From: an uncultured Alphaproteobacteria bacterium
GTDB taxonomy: Bacteria; Pseudomonadota; Alphaproteobacteria; Rhizobiales; Xanthobacteraceae
Direction of reading: 5' to 3'
NCBI GenBank assembly: GCA_963807565.1
Contig: CAWECH010000013.1
Location: 5,246-69,245 of the forward strand
DNA length: 64,000 bases
Position 1 is the first letter of the stretch, and each line of letters opens with the position of its first letter. A program made the translations under genes and the position numbers. The notes beneath the pieces are model-generated. The model was not told the origin of the DNA, searched no databases, and saw nothing but the letters and a program-made list of their open reading frames with translations. Below are positions 49,002 to 59,293 of the stretch, one piece after another.

Positions 49002-49517
49002 TTAGAGCCGATAAAGAATCTGGTCGGTCCAGAACCGCTCGAGCCGGTGCAGTGCTTTGTTGAGCACGCCGAACTCGTCGGCATTGATGCCACCGACCTG
49101 CTCGACCGTGCGCACATGCTTCTGATAGAGCGCATCCACGATGTCGCGGACTTCGCGGCCCTGATCCGTCAGCTTGATGCGCACCGAGCGCCGATCGACG
49201 CGCGAGCGCTGGTGATCGAGGAAGCCCATCTCGACGAGCTTCTTCAGATTGTAGGAGACGTTGGAACCGAGGTAGTAACCGCGCGTGCGCAGTTCGCCCG
49301 CGGTCAGCTCCTTGTCGCCGATATTGTACAACAGCAACGCCTGCACCGAATTGATATCGGCGCGGCCGCGGCGGTCGAATTCATCCTTGATTACGTCGAG
49401 CAGCCGACGGTGCAGACGCTCGACCAAAGTGAGCGCCTCAAGATAGTGCGGCCTAACGTGGTCGAAGCGCGCCTCACGATCGGCGGGCTCGACCGTCTTT
49501 GCGACGGCTTTCATCAT
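49002..49517 (-). CDS. MarR-family transcriptional regulator (LdtR-like by context: adjacent to an L,D-transpeptidase gene)
   Basis: Winged-helix core ...ELTAGELRTRGYYLGSNVSYNLKKLVEMGFLDHQRSRVDRRSVRIKLTDQGRE.... Same strand as the L,D-transpeptidase gene and directly upstream of it. Confidence 0.85.
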   Translation of the reverse strand: MMKAVAKTVEPADREARFDHVRPHYLEALTLVERLHRRLLDVIKDEFDRRGRADINSVQALLLYNIGDKELTAGELRTRGYYLGSNVSYNLKKLVEMGFLDHQRSRVDRRSVRIKLTDQGREVRDIVDALYQKHVRTVEQVGGINADEFGVLNKALHRLERFWTDQILYRL

Positions 49518-49692
49518 GACGCCTTTCCCAACTTTATTTTGTTTTCGACGGGCCCTGTTTCCCGCCGTGCAATGCGAACTTACGCCGCAGGGTCTAAGAT
49601 CAGTTTAAATAACAGGCTAAAAATAAGGTTTATTCGACCATCTGCGCGATCGGTTTACGCTTTAATTTAGCCCGGATTCTTTGACGATTTAT

Positions 49693-50649
49693 TCACCGCG
49701 TTCGCCCCGGCTTATCCGGTGCTCGGGATTGAAGCGCCGTTGGTAGCGCGGCGAGCCGCCGGCGGATCTGCGGCGCGGCAAATTCGAGCAGCGCCCGGAT
49801 TTTCAGCGGCAACAGCCCCTGCCCCGCGTGCACCAGGTTCACCGGCAGCGGCTCATTCTCGAACGCGCCGAGCACGATCTTCAGCCTGCCTCGCGATACG
49901 GCTTCAGCGGCCTGGTAAGACAGCACACGCGTAATGCCGACACCCGCAATCGCAGCATCGATCGCGGCCTCGGCGTTGTTGACCGAAAGTCGCGAACGGA
50001 TGTGAACCGACTGCACCATCTTCCGCCCGCCCCGCGCTGCGAAAGTCCAGACGGTAGCGGTCGCCGCGTCGTCGAAGGTAATGCAGTCACGCGTCGAAAG
50101 GTCCGCCGGCGTTTTCGGCGCGCCGTGTTTTTCGAGGTAACCAGGGTTTGCGCAAATAACGTAGCGCACTGCGCCGACACGCGTCGCCACCAAGCCACTA
50201 TCGGACAGCTGTCCGATGCGGATAGCGACATCGACCTGCTCGTCGATCAGATGCACATAACGGTCCGAGAGCCGGAGCCGCACGTCGATCTGCGGAAATT
50301 TAGCGAGAAATTCCGCAACGACCGGCAGAACATGCAGCCGCCCGAAAACGATCGGTGCCGTGACCGCGAGATGTCCTCTTGGCTCGCTGTATTCGCCGGC
50401 AGCCGACCGTTCGGCATTTCCAACCTCGTCGAGAATCCGCCTGCTCGCCTCAACATAGGCGCTGCCGGAATCGGTCAGCGTCAGACTGCGCGTCGTGCGG
50501 TTAAGCAATCTCGTGTGCAGATGGGCTTCGAGTTCCGAGAGCTTGCGGCTCACGGTCGGCAGCGGCATCCCGAGCTTGCGCCCGGCGGCTGACAGACTTC
50601 CGGTTTCCACCGCGGCTACCAGCACTGACATGGCTTCGAGGCGATCCAT
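49693..50649 (-). CDS. LysR family transcriptional regulator
   Basis: MDRLEAMSVLVAAVETGSLSAAGRKLGMPLPTVSRKLSELEAHLHTRLLNRTTR is a canonical HTH. Divergent from the PNPOx-like gene. Confidence 0.9.
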   Translation of the reverse strand: MDRLEAMSVLVAAVETGSLSAAGRKLGMPLPTVSRKLSELEAHLHTRLLNRTTRSLTLTDSGSAYVEASRRILDEVGNAERSAAGEYSEPRGHLAVTAPIVFGRLHVLPVVAEFLAKFPQIDVRLRLSDRYVHLIDEQVDVAIRIGQLSDSGLVATRVGAVRYVICANPGYLEKHGAPKTPADLSTRDCITFDDAATATVWTFAARGGRKMVQSVHIRSRLSVNNAEAAIDAAIAGVGITRVLSYQAAEAVSRGRLKIVLGAFENEPLPVNLVHAGQGLLPLKIRALLEFAAPQIRRRLAALPTALQSRAPDKPGRTR

Positions 50650-50765
50650 GGATTCCTTCCGCGAAATAGATTATTACGAAAAATGGAATAATCATTTCCA
50701 TAGATAGACTATTATTGCCAAATCCGGAAGCGCCTACGATGGGCTGGAGAGCGGAGGAATAGGCA

Positions 50766-51387
50766 ATGCTGGATGGATTTCTGGATATCGCGGTGACGCC
50801 GAGCGTCAAGGCGGCGCAACGGGCCAACGGCAGCGGCGACTACTGGGAGAATTTCAAGGGTCGCAACAGTTTCGACCGCTTTACCGATGCGGAGAAGCAG
50901 TTCATCGCGGGCCGTGACAGCTTCTACATGGCGACGGTGTCGGAGACCGGCTGGCCTTACGTCCAGCACCGCGGCGGGCCGCCTGGGTTTCTGCACGTTA
51001 TCGATGACAAGACGCTCGCGTTTCCCGACTTCAGGGGTAACCGCCAATACATCAGTGTTGGCAATGCCGCTGCCAATAACCGCGCAGCGCTGTTCATGAT
51101 GGACTATCCGAACCGCCGCCGACTCAAGATCTACGCTCGCATCGAACTTCGCGACCTCGGCGACGACCCTGCCCTGGCGGCAGGCTCTTGCGATGCCGGA
51201 CTACAAGGCGAAGATCGAACGCGCCGTCGTGCTGCATCTCGAAGGCTTCAACTGGAATTGCCCGCAGCACATCACGCCGCGGTTCAGCGAAGCCGAATTG
51301 CGCCAGGCTTTGGAGCCGGTAGGGCTTCGGATTGCCCAGCTGGAAGCGGAAAACAAGGAACTGCGCGAGAGACTCGCCAAGTCGTAG
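50766..51387 (+). pseudogene. Pyridoxamine-5'-phosphate-oxidase-related FMN-binding protein, one frame break (probably assembly indel)
   Basis: ...FYMATVSETGWPYVQHRGGPPGFLHVIDDKTLAFPDFRGNRQYISVGN...RRLKIYARIELRDLGDDPALA continues in ORF 51193..51387 (MPDYKAKIERAVVLHLEGFNWNCPQHITPRF...). The break is at the GG run 51179-51180. Span 622 nt (remainder 1 mod 3). Confidence 0.75.
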
Positions 51388-51425
51388 CGCTCTTTGGCGC
51401 GAATATTCCACTTGGGTGCGCTGGT

Positions 51426-52985
51426 CTAGCCAGGAGGCCCACCAAGCGAGCCCGCCGCCAGCGCGAGTGTCGCAGCCGCAGACAAGGCAGTGCTGTAAGC
51501 GTCCGTGGCGGTGTTCTTGGCTGCCAACAGTTGCCGTTCTGCGATCGTTACGTCGGATATTGAGCCGACGCCATTCCGGTATGCCGCAAGTGCCGAGTCG
51601 AATGTAGTCTGCGCTGCCGCCGCGAGCGCCGTCGCGGCGCTGTAAGCGGAGAGACTTGTTTTGAGCGTGTTTCTCGCCACGATGATCTGGCGGGTCGCCT
51701 CGTTTCTGATTTGTGTGAAAGTCACACTGGCTTTGTCGACGTTGTCACGCGCCTGCTCCAGTAGCGCAGCGCGTGCGCCACCGTCATAGATCGGCATGGT
51801 GGCGCCAATCAGCGCCGTGGTGCTCGTTTGACGAATTGACGTGCCAAGCTGATTGTTCGGGAGATTGACGATCGGCAACTGCTGATCGAACCCCGGAACG
51901 GCCGTGATATCCAGACTGCCAGCCAGTCGAGCGCCATTGCCGGAAAAGAATACTTTCGGAAAGTATTCAACCTCGGCTGCACGCAGATTCGCGAGGCTGG
52001 CTTTCTGCGCCGCGTAGCCGGTCAGAACATCCGGCCGCCGCGCCAGCGAAGCGGTGACGAAACGCTCGATCGGAACGGTCAGCGACGGCGGCAGATGACG
52101 CCGGGAAATATCGGCAATCGCCAATTGCGTCATTGGGGAAATGCCTATTGCCGAGATCAAGGCCAGGTAGCCGTTCTGGACAGCGCCGTCCGCCTGAACT
52201 TGGGAAAGGCGGGCTTCCGCCGTGGCTTGCCGGGTCTGTGAGACTTCGACCACAGTGCCGATGCCCCGCTTGTAGCGGTCTTCAGCGGCTGCCTGCACCT
52301 CCTCGGCGTCCTTCAGGGATTTCGACGCCGAAGCCAGGCGCGTACGCGCGGCCCCATAGGAGTAGAACGCCAAGCTGACATTATAGATGACCTGCTGGTG
52401 GGCTTGGGTGAAGGCGATATTGGAGATAACCGACAGCTGATTGGCCGCATCCAGGCGCGCTGCGCGCTGGCCGAAGTCGAAAAGCAACCATTGGATTGAC
52501 AGTACTTCGACGTTTCCTTGAGCTTTGATGTCGCTGGTGGAGGGAGCGCCGAGGAGAGTCGAGTCACTGTGACTCTTCTGCCAACCCTGGACGATTCCGG
52601 CCGAGACAAGTGGAAGAAATGTGCTTTCTGCAATCCCCGCCGCGAGCGCTGCATTACGGGCGTCATTCCAGGCGTTGCGCGTCGTCGGATTGTTGCTTTG
52701 GGCGATGTCGATCAGTTCCGGCAGAGTGTAGAGCTGGCGGCGCTCAAGATCCGAGGTTGCAGGCGGTATTACTCCGGCATCAGGATTTGACGGCAAAATG
52801 TAACTGCCGGACTTCGGCTGGCCCGGAGCCGGTGCGGAACCGGCAACAATCTCACCCTGCCCCGTCGTAACCGGAGTCCATGGCGCATCGGCCTGTTCGG
52901 GCGCCAAGTTAAGATCCATTGTCGCGCAAGCGGCCAACGGGAGCCAAAGCAACACAGGCGTAATCAACGCAACACGCCGCCACAT
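51426..52985 (-). CDS. Outer-membrane efflux lipoprotein, TolC/NodT (OMF) family
   Basis: Lipobox LPLAAC. Two OEP repeats (...LPELIDIAQSNNPTTRNAW...; ...YFPKVFFSGNG...). Confidence 0.9.
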   Translation of the reverse strand: MWRRVALITPVLLWLPLAACATMDLNLAPEQADAPWTPVTTGQGEIVAGSAPAPGQPKSGSYILPSNPDAGVIPPATSDLERRQLYTLPELIDIAQSNNPTTRNAWNDARNAALAAGIAESTFLPLVSAGIVQGWQKSHSDSTLLGAPSTSDIKAQGNVEVLSIQWLLFDFGQRAARLDAANQLSVISNIAFTQAHQQVIYNVSLAFYSYGAARTRLASASKSLKDAEEVQAAAEDRYKRGIGTVVEVSQTRQATAEARLSQVQADGAVQNGYLALISAIGISPMTQLAIADISRRHLPPSLTVPIERFVTASLARRPDVLTGYAAQKASLANLRAAEVEYFPKVFFSGNGARLAGSLDITAVPGFDQQLPIVNLPNNQLGTSIRQTSTTALIGATMPIYDGGARAALLEQARDNVDKASVTFTQIRNEATRQIIVARNTLKTSLSAYSAATALAAAAQTTFDSALAAYRNGVGSISDVTIAERQLLAAKNTATDAYSTALSAAATLALAAGSLGGPPG

Positions 52986-53014
52986 AGCTTTGCCGTCCTC
53001 TATCGTACTGCTTT

Positions 53015-54985
53015 TCAGAGCTTCGCTCGCTCCAGCCGGCGCATACTCTCGTCGATCACAGACCCGAACGGTGATGTTTTTGGCTGCTCCGATGCGTCGA
53101 CTGCATTTGCAGATTGCGCAGCGTCGGGGGTTGCGAAACGATCAGCAAGACTTTCGAGGCGGCCGGCAATCGGCTGCGCTTCCGCCAGCCCCGCATTCGC
53201 GGTCAACAGCAGCGCACTTTCGATCAATCCAATTTCTCGCGCTGTCTCGCGCCGAACCGAAAGCCACTTTGCCGGCGGCCGCAAAAATTCCGGTTCGTAG
53301 CCTACCAAACTCAGATCGTCCTCAATCGCCGCCAAAGAGAAGCTCGCCTCGGAGGCTAGATTGCGCCTCGCCGCCGGCTCAGGCTCAGTCATCATCATTC
53401 CGAGCCGACGCAATAAAGCGGAAATCGCCGGATCAATCCGCTTACCGACACTGATCGGCCAGAAGCTGGTGAGCACAAAAAAGCTCACCAAGTTGCCGAT
53501 GAGTATGCCGATCACACGGTCGCGCGCGGTCGTCAGGTCAAAAGCCGGCGACGATCCCTGGACCACGCACAGGAAAAAGGCGAAGGCCATCTGAAAGCCG
53601 GCGTAAGAAATACGTGGCCCCCCGGCCGAGACGTAGGCCGCCGCAAGAGCGCCTAGGAACACTACAATCATGAGAGCGCCGATGGACGTGAGATCAGGGA
53701 TAAGAAAGATCATCGCCGCGTAGCCGATAGCGGCGCCGGCGAGGCATCCCGAAATTCGCAACGCAAGTTTTTCGACGCTTTCGGCAGTCGTACCGAGGCA
53801 AACGATGTAGCACGTGAGAAAGCAGGTATGGATGCCGGGCCAATCAAGCAGCGAGTACAGAACGTAGCAAAACATCGCGGCTCCGGTCGTCTTCGCCGCG
53901 AAGTAAACATGCTCCGGATTGGCGAAGGCGTCTTCGGTGAAGAAGCCCTCTTTCTTTTTTGTTTCGACCGCAGTCGTACCGGTTTGCAATTCGCGCGACA
54001 CCACGGGGCGCTTCGGCTCAGCGAAATGAACGACCGCATCCTCAATATCGCCAAGAACCGCTTGCGCGAGCGGACTAAGAGGCGCATCGCTCTCCGGCGC
54101 GCTCCAGACGATCTCGGTGGGATAGCCGCCGCCGGTCAGGATCACAGCCATATCGTCCAGTGTCTTGGCGAGGTCTCCGCGCAATTCCGCGGGAAGCGTT
54201 GCTTCTGAATTTCGATCCATCACATCAATGGCGGAGAGCAGGACGATCGTCGAACCTGCCGCTTGTTTGAGCGCTGCGATGTCTTCCGGTGGTGATGTTT
54301 TCTCGCGACTCGCCAAACCGATCCATTCGAAAATTTCGTGAGTCCCTTCGCGCAAACATTCCCGAAAGTCTTCACGGACGGCCTGATTTCCGTCCCGCAG
54401 CATGGCCGACGCCAACGTGAGGCGCTGGGCTATCGCACGTTCGGCGAGACGCCGCGGCGGCGGCGCCAGCAGCAAATTCACGATGATGGAGATACCAGCA
54501 GGAATGCCCACGAATAGCCATGCATAAAGCAGTGCTCGCGTTCCGAGTTCCCCGACCTGAATCAGTCCCAGTTCATCAAGAGCATAGCCGATGATCAACG
54601 CAATGGTGCTCGCCAGAGGCGCCAGCTTGCTGGCCGAGGCCAGGAACAGGAGACCGAACGAAATCAAAGCCATGCTCACAACACGCCACATGGGATTGTC
54701 GAGCACGAGCATCGCGACCAGAATAACAAGGCCGATGATGACGGTTATGAGCAGAGTGAGAACTACGTTCAGGATCAGGCTAAGGGTGCGGTTCTCGCGG
54801 TTGAGGAAGAACACAATATACGCGGCCAGCGCCGGCTCCGGTGTCCGGTAGATTTCGGCAATGAGCACAGTCAAGGCCGATATCAGCGCCAAACGTGCTG
54901 CAAACTCGAGCCGTCCAGGCCGCGGCGCGAGGAGCCGGACAAATTCGCTGATGGACATGGACCCGTTAGCGGCAAGCGCGGCCAT
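53015..54985 (-). CDS. FUSC-family (fusaric acid resistance / AaeB-like) inner-membrane efflux protein
   Basis: 656 aa with two clusters of TM helices separated by a cytoplasmic domain, and a typical FUSC N-terminus (...LEFAARLALISALTVLIAEIY...). Confidence 0.9.
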   Translation of the reverse strand: MAALAANGSMSISEFVRLLAPRPGRLEFAARLALISALTVLIAEIYRTPEPALAAYIVFFLNRENRTLSLILNVVLTLLITVIIGLVILVAMLVLDNPMWRVVSMALISFGLLFLASASKLAPLASTIALIIGYALDELGLIQVGELGTRALLYAWLFVGIPAGISIIVNLLLAPPPRRLAERAIAQRLTLASAMLRDGNQAVREDFRECLREGTHEIFEWIGLASREKTSPPEDIAALKQAAGSTIVLLSAIDVMDRNSEATLPAELRGDLAKTLDDMAVILTGGGYPTEIVWSAPESDAPLSPLAQAVLGDIEDAVVHFAEPKRPVVSRELQTGTTAVETKKKEGFFTEDAFANPEHVYFAAKTTGAAMFCYVLYSLLDWPGIHTCFLTCYIVCLGTTAESVEKLALRISGCLAGAAIGYAAMIFLIPDLTSIGALMIVVFLGALAAAYVSAGGPRISYAGFQMAFAFFLCVVQGSSPAFDLTTARDRVIGILIGNLVSFFVLTSFWPISVGKRIDPAISALLRRLGMMMTEPEPAARRNLASEASFSLAAIEDDLSLVGYEPEFLRPPAKWLSVRRETAREIGLIESALLLTANAGLAEAQPIAGRLESLADRFATPDAAQSANAVDASEQPKTSPFGSVIDESMRRLERAKL

Positions 54986-55955
54986 GCTTGACCTCGATCA
55001 CCGCGCTGGCTCCGAGCCGCATCAATTCCGGCGGCGGATTTTCCAGGCGAACACGAACAGGGAAACGCTGTGCAACCCGCACCCAATTGAGGGAACGCTC
55101 GACATAAGGAACCGAGCGCGGAATGTTGATGCGGTCCTGGTCCGTCACACCCCAACCGATGCCCTGTACAACACCTTTGACCGGCACGTCACGATCGATC
55201 ATGGAAAACACTGTCGCGCAGTCGCCGATCTTGATGGCCCGGAGGTCGGTCTCCCGGAAGTCTCCTTCCGCAAACCATTCTTCGGTGTTGATCAATGTGA
55301 ACAACGATTGCGAGGGCGCAACCATTTCACCCGTCGAAATGGTAAGACCGACAACGAGACCGTCATGGGTCGCCCGCACCGTCGTGTCGTCAAACTGACG
55401 CTGGGCGATGCCGAGAGCCGCTGTTCGGGCTCGCACGCTTGCATCTGCTGCAGCCTTCAATTCCTGGGCCTGTACGAGTTTCGTCGCGGTGTCTCGCTCC
55501 GAGACCTGTGCCTGATCGAGCTGCTGTTGGGGTACGTAACCGTTGGCCGCCAGCGGCCGAAGCCGTTCCAGCGTACGCGCAGCCAAATCATGGTTTTCCT
55601 GCGCACTCTTTGTTTGATCGGCTGCAACACCTGCGTTCGAAGTGGCAACGGCAAGTTCGGCGGTACTTTGCTCGACAGCCAAGCGATAGGGATAGGGATC
55701 GATCTGAAACAGCAAATCGCCCTTGGCGACACGCGCGTTTTCCGTCACCGGAAGTTCGAGTATGCGCCCACCGACCGCGGCCGCTACATGCACGACATCT
55801 GCGTCAAGCGAACTGTCGCTTGTGGTCGGATGAATATTGCTTTCGTGAAGGGCGTAGAGAGCGACCGCGGCCGCGACAATGATAATGGCGAGCGAGATCG
55901 TTCGACCGTGACCGCTTTTGCCCTTTTGCCCCGCCGCCTTCACTTCAGTACCCAA
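54966..55955 (-). CDS. HlyD/AaeA-type membrane-fusion (periplasmic adaptor) protein
   Basis: Single N-terminal TM helix. Lipoyl-like hairpin motif (...VAAAVGGRILELPVTENARVAKGDLLFQIDP...). Coiled coil. ...GMVAPSQSLFTLI.... Confidence 0.9.
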   Translation of the reverse strand: MGTEVKAAGQKGKSGHGRTISLAIIIVAAAVALYALHESNIHPTTSDSSLDADVVHVAAAVGGRILELPVTENARVAKGDLLFQIDPYPYRLAVEQSTAELAVATSNAGVAADQTKSAQENHDLAARTLERLRPLAANGYVPQQQLDQAQVSERDTATKLVQAQELKAAADASVRARTAALGIAQRQFDDTTVRATHDGLVVGLTISTGEMVAPSQSLFTLINTEEWFAEGDFRETDLRAIKIGDCATVFSMIDRDVPVKGVVQGIGWGVTDQDRINIPRSVPYVERSLNWVRVAQRFPVRVRLENPPPELMRLGASAVIEVKHGRACR

Positions 55956-56253
55956 AGCCGATGAACCACACGAAGATGGCCGTCATAACCCCGATCGCGG
56001 TGCAAACGAAGAGTTGATAAGGTAATTTGTTCGAGACACCGGTGGCAACAAATACAACACGCGCGACTGCCGCACCAACAACTCCGAGAGTGCCGCACAG
56101 CAACCAGGCGGGGAAGAAAGCTCCGAACAATACAAACGACGGCGCACCTCCCGAGCACCCCCCCAGCGCCAGAGTGGCAAAGCCCAACGCAATTTGAGCA
56201 GGCCGTACTGGCGAAGAACTAGTAACGTCGGAGGGCGCAGACATACGCGTCAC
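55945..56253 (-). CDS. DUF1656 (AaeX-like) small membrane protein; start uncertain
   Basis: The C-terminal ~65 aa (FVLFGAFFPAWLLCGTLGVVGAAVARVVFVATGVSNKLPYQLFVCTAIGVMTAIFVWFIGFGY) form two TM helices, as in AaeX/DUF1656. The gene overlaps the adaptor gene start by 11 nt. Confidence 0.6.
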   Translation of the reverse strand: MTRMSAPSDVTSSSPVRPAQIALGFATLALGGCSGGAPSFVLFGAFFPAWLLCGTLGVVGAAVARVVFVATGVSNKLPYQLFVCTAIGVMTAIFVWFIGFGY

Positions 56254-56289
56254 CGGAAACCGTGTGGATCGGCGGCTCTGCCGTACTTG

Positions 56290-56685
56290 CTAGCGCTGCA
56301 TCTGTAAATTCATGAGCTCAGGCCCGGGCATCATGTTCTGGTTCAAGTTTGCCATGATCCAGAGTGATCCGGCAACGACAAGAGTAACAATAAGGATGCC
56401 GAAGGCCAGAGCCAGAACGTTGTTGGTGTTGTCCGGCCCGGTTGTGATGTGAAGAAAGAAGACCAAGTGTACTCCCATCTGGGCAATCGCCAATACGGCA
56501 AGCCCCAGCGCGACGCCTGGCGCCCAAAGCAACGTAGTATTCGCCACCCAGAACGACGCGATCGTCAGAAGCACTGCAAGGGCGAGCCCGACCGTGTAAA
56601 TGAAGGGGCCGGACGAAGCCTCCTCTTCGAAGGTCGTCTGAGTTGGCCGATCTCCCGGGGCGCGATCAAACCGAAAGTCGGTCAT
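56290..56685 (-). CDS. cyoD: Cytochrome o ubiquinol oxidase subunit IV
   Basis: ATG 56685 overlaps the cyoC stop (ATGA). Three TM helices. ...AIAQMGVHLVFFLHI.... Confidence 0.9.
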   Translation of the reverse strand: MTDFRFDRAPGDRPTQTTFEEEASSGPFIYTVGLALAVLLTIASFWVANTTLLWAPGVALGLAVLAIAQMGVHLVFFLHITTGPDNTNNVLALAFGILIVTLVVAGSLWIMANLNQNMMPGPELMNLQMQR

Positions 56686-57311
56686 AGGTAGGCTCCCATC
56701 AGATAAACGACCGTGAACAGCCAAACCCAGATGATATCGAGGGCGTGCCAGAACAGGGAAAAACAGAGCAGACGGCGCGTGACGGTTGCGCGGAGATCGA
56801 GGACCACAATCTGGAACATCATCACAACAAGCCAGATCAGCCCCGCCGCAACATGAAGCCCGTGGCACCCCACAAGTGTGAAGAAGGCGGACAGGAACGC
56901 GCTACGTTGCGGGGTTGCTCCTTGGGCAATCAGAGAAGCAAACTCACGGATTTCAAGGGCAAGAAAACAGGCGCCAAGGGCAAATGTCAGCGCAGCAAAA
57001 AAATAAATGCTGGCGCGTCGGCGTGCGGCGACTGCCAAGGACATCAGCCCGCACGTGTAGCTTGAGGCCAGCAAGCATCCGGTCTCTATCGCCGCAGTCG
57101 CCTGATTGAACAGTCCTGCACCGGCTGGACCTCCGGCGGTCGAATGCTTGAGCGCAGCGAAGGCGGCAAACAAGGCCGAAAACATCACAATGTCGCTAAG
57201 CAGGAAGATCCAAAATCCGAACGCGACGACTATCCGTTTCGGCGCCGGGCCAGCCTCGCTAGCGGCCATGAGTTCCGGATTTATATCGCCGACGGTAACT
57301 GCCAAACTCAC
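56682..57311 (-). CDS. cyoC: Cytochrome o ubiquinol oxidase subunit III
   Basis: GTG 57311 overlaps the cyoB stop (GTGA). ...[21 protein letters not shown]... and ...[19 protein letters not shown].... Confidence 0.92.
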   Translation of the reverse strand: MSLAVTVGDINPELMAASEAGPAPKRIVVAFGFWIFLLSDIVMFSALFAAFAALKHSTAGGPAGAGLFNQATAAIETGCLLASSYTCGLMSLAVAARRRASIYFFAALTFALGACFLALEIREFASLIAQGATPQRSAFLSAFFTLVGCHGLHVAAGLIWLVVMMFQIVVLDLRATVTRRLLCFSLFWHALDIIWVWLFTVVYLMGAYL

Positions 57312-59293
57312 TGTTCGACCTCCGCGTGATGACGCCATTCGAAGTTGACGATCCGGTCGACGGGTATCTCCATTTCCTCCTCCTCCCGGAAAGCGAACAT
57401 CAGGAAGGCGAGCGCCGCGCCGGTCAGGCCCAATAAAGCCATCCACCAAATGTGCCAGATCAAGGCGAAGCCGGTCACAACGGCGAAGAATGCATTGATG
57501 AAGCCGATAGGACTGTTCTTCGGCACTTCGATCGATTTGTAATCGCGCCGCGCGGATGGCTCATCGGGTTTGGCCTGCTTGAGCTGTTTGGCATTCCAAA
57601 ACTCATCGGCACCGTGGACGTGCGGAAGAATTGCAAAATTCCACGGCGGTGGCGGCGAAGCGGTTGACCATTCGAGAGTGCGGCCATCCCATGGATCGCC
57701 AGGCGCGAGATGCTGGCGGCGGTCACGAATTGACACAACGAGCTGAATGACTTGGCACACGATCCCAAGCAGGATGATCCCGGCGCCGACAGCCGCCACC
57801 ACCAGCCACGGCCGCCAATCGACATTGTCATAGTGCTGCATGCGCCGCGTCATGCCCATCAAGCCGAGTGCATATAGCGGCATGAATGCGACGTAGAAGC
57901 CGACGAGCCAGCACCAGAACGCACGCCTGCCCCAGCGTTCGTCGAGCATGAAGCCGAAGGCTTTGGGGAACCAGTAATTGTACCCGGCCATGACGCCGAA
58001 CACGACGCCGCCGATAATCACGTTATGAAAGTGCGCGATCAGGAACAGGCTGTTGTGCAGCTGGAAGTCGGCGGGCGGCACCGCCATCAGGACGCCGGTC
58101 ATCCCGCCAATGACGAACGTCACCATGAAGCCGATCGACCATAGAACGGGCACGCTAAAGCGGACCCTTCCACCGTACATCGTAAAGAGCCAGTTGAATA
58201 TTTTGACGCCGGTCGGCACCGCAATGATCATCGTCATGACGCCAAAGAAGCCGTTGACGTCTGCGCTAGCCCCCATCGTGAAAAAATGATGCAGCCAGAC
58301 CATAAAGGACAGAACACAGATCACCATGGTCGCTGCGACCATCGAGCGATAACCGAAAAGCGGTTTGCCTGAGAAAGTTGCTATCACCTCGGAGAAAACG
58401 CCGAATGCGGGCAAGATCAGGATGTACACCTCCGGATGTCCCCAAACCCAGAACAGGTTCACGTACATCATTGGATTGCCCTGACCCTCGACCGAAAAGA
58501 AATGAAAGCCGAGATAGCGGTCGAGCAGAAGCATCGCGAACGTTGCGGTGAGGACCGGGAACGCGGCAACCATAAGAAGATTTGAGGCGAGCGCGGTCCA
58601 GCAAAAAACCGGCATGCGCATGTAGCTCATTCCCGGGGCGCGCGTCTTGAGGATCGTGGTGACAAAATTTATTCCGGTCATCAACGTGCCAACCCCGGAA
58701 ATTTGCAGCGACCAAAGGTAATAATCGACGCCGACTCCGGGAGAAAAGCGCAATTCGCTTAATGGCGGGTACGCAACCCAGCCGGTTTTTGCGAACTCGC
58801 CCACGGCCAAAGAAACATTCGTCAAGAGAATGCCAGACGCCGTCAGCCACAACGCAATCGAGTTCAGCGTCGGAAAGGCCATGTCGCGCACGCCGAGCTG
58901 CAACGGCACGACAAAATTCATCAGGCCGATCACGAACGGCATCGCCATAAAGAAGATCATGATGGTGCCGTGCGCCGAGAAGATTTGATCAAAATGCTCG
59001 GGCGGCAGATATCCCTGCGCGCCGCCGGCGGCAACGGCCTGCTGCGCGCGCATCATGATCGCATCGGAAAATCCGCGCAGCAGCATGACCAGCGCCAATA
59101 TGATGTACATCACCCCAATACGTTTGTGGTCGACGGATGTAATCCACTCGCGCCAAAGGTAAGGGACGTAACCCTTCAGCGTGACCCATCCCACAACGGA
59201 CGCGATGGCGATGACCATGAAACCCGTCGCGCCCATCACGATGGGTTGGTCGAACGGAACGGCGCTCCAGGTAAGCCTGCCGAGAGGAGACAT
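57308..59293 (-). CDS. cyoB: Cytochrome o ubiquinol oxidase subunit I
   Basis: 661 aa. Haem-copper oxidase motifs ...[12 protein letters not shown]..., ...[17 protein letters not shown]..., ...[14 protein letters not shown].... Confidence 0.96.
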   Translation of the reverse strand: MSPLGRLTWSAVPFDQPIVMGATGFMVIAIASVVGWVTLKGYVPYLWREWITSVDHKRIGVMYIILALVMLLRGFSDAIMMRAQQAVAAGGAQGYLPPEHFDQIFSAHGTIMIFFMAMPFVIGLMNFVVPLQLGVRDMAFPTLNSIALWLTASGILLTNVSLAVGEFAKTGWVAYPPLSELRFSPGVGVDYYLWSLQISGVGTLMTGINFVTTILKTRAPGMSYMRMPVFCWTALASNLLMVAAFPVLTATFAMLLLDRYLGFHFFSVEGQGNPMMYVNLFWVWGHPEVYILILPAFGVFSEVIATFSGKPLFGYRSMVAATMVICVLSFMVWLHHFFTMGASADVNGFFGVMTMIIAVPTGVKIFNWLFTMYGGRVRFSVPVLWSIGFMVTFVIGGMTGVLMAVPPADFQLHNSLFLIAHFHNVIIGGVVFGVMAGYNYWFPKAFGFMLDERWGRRAFWCWLVGFYVAFMPLYALGLMGMTRRMQHYDNVDWRPWLVVAAVGAGIILLGIVCQVIQLVVSIRDRRQHLAPGDPWDGRTLEWSTASPPPPWNFAILPHVHGADEFWNAKQLKQAKPDEPSARRDYKSIEVPKNSPIGFINAFFAVVTGFALIWHIWWMALLGLTGAALAFLMFAFREEEEMEIPVDRIVNFEWRHHAEVEQ

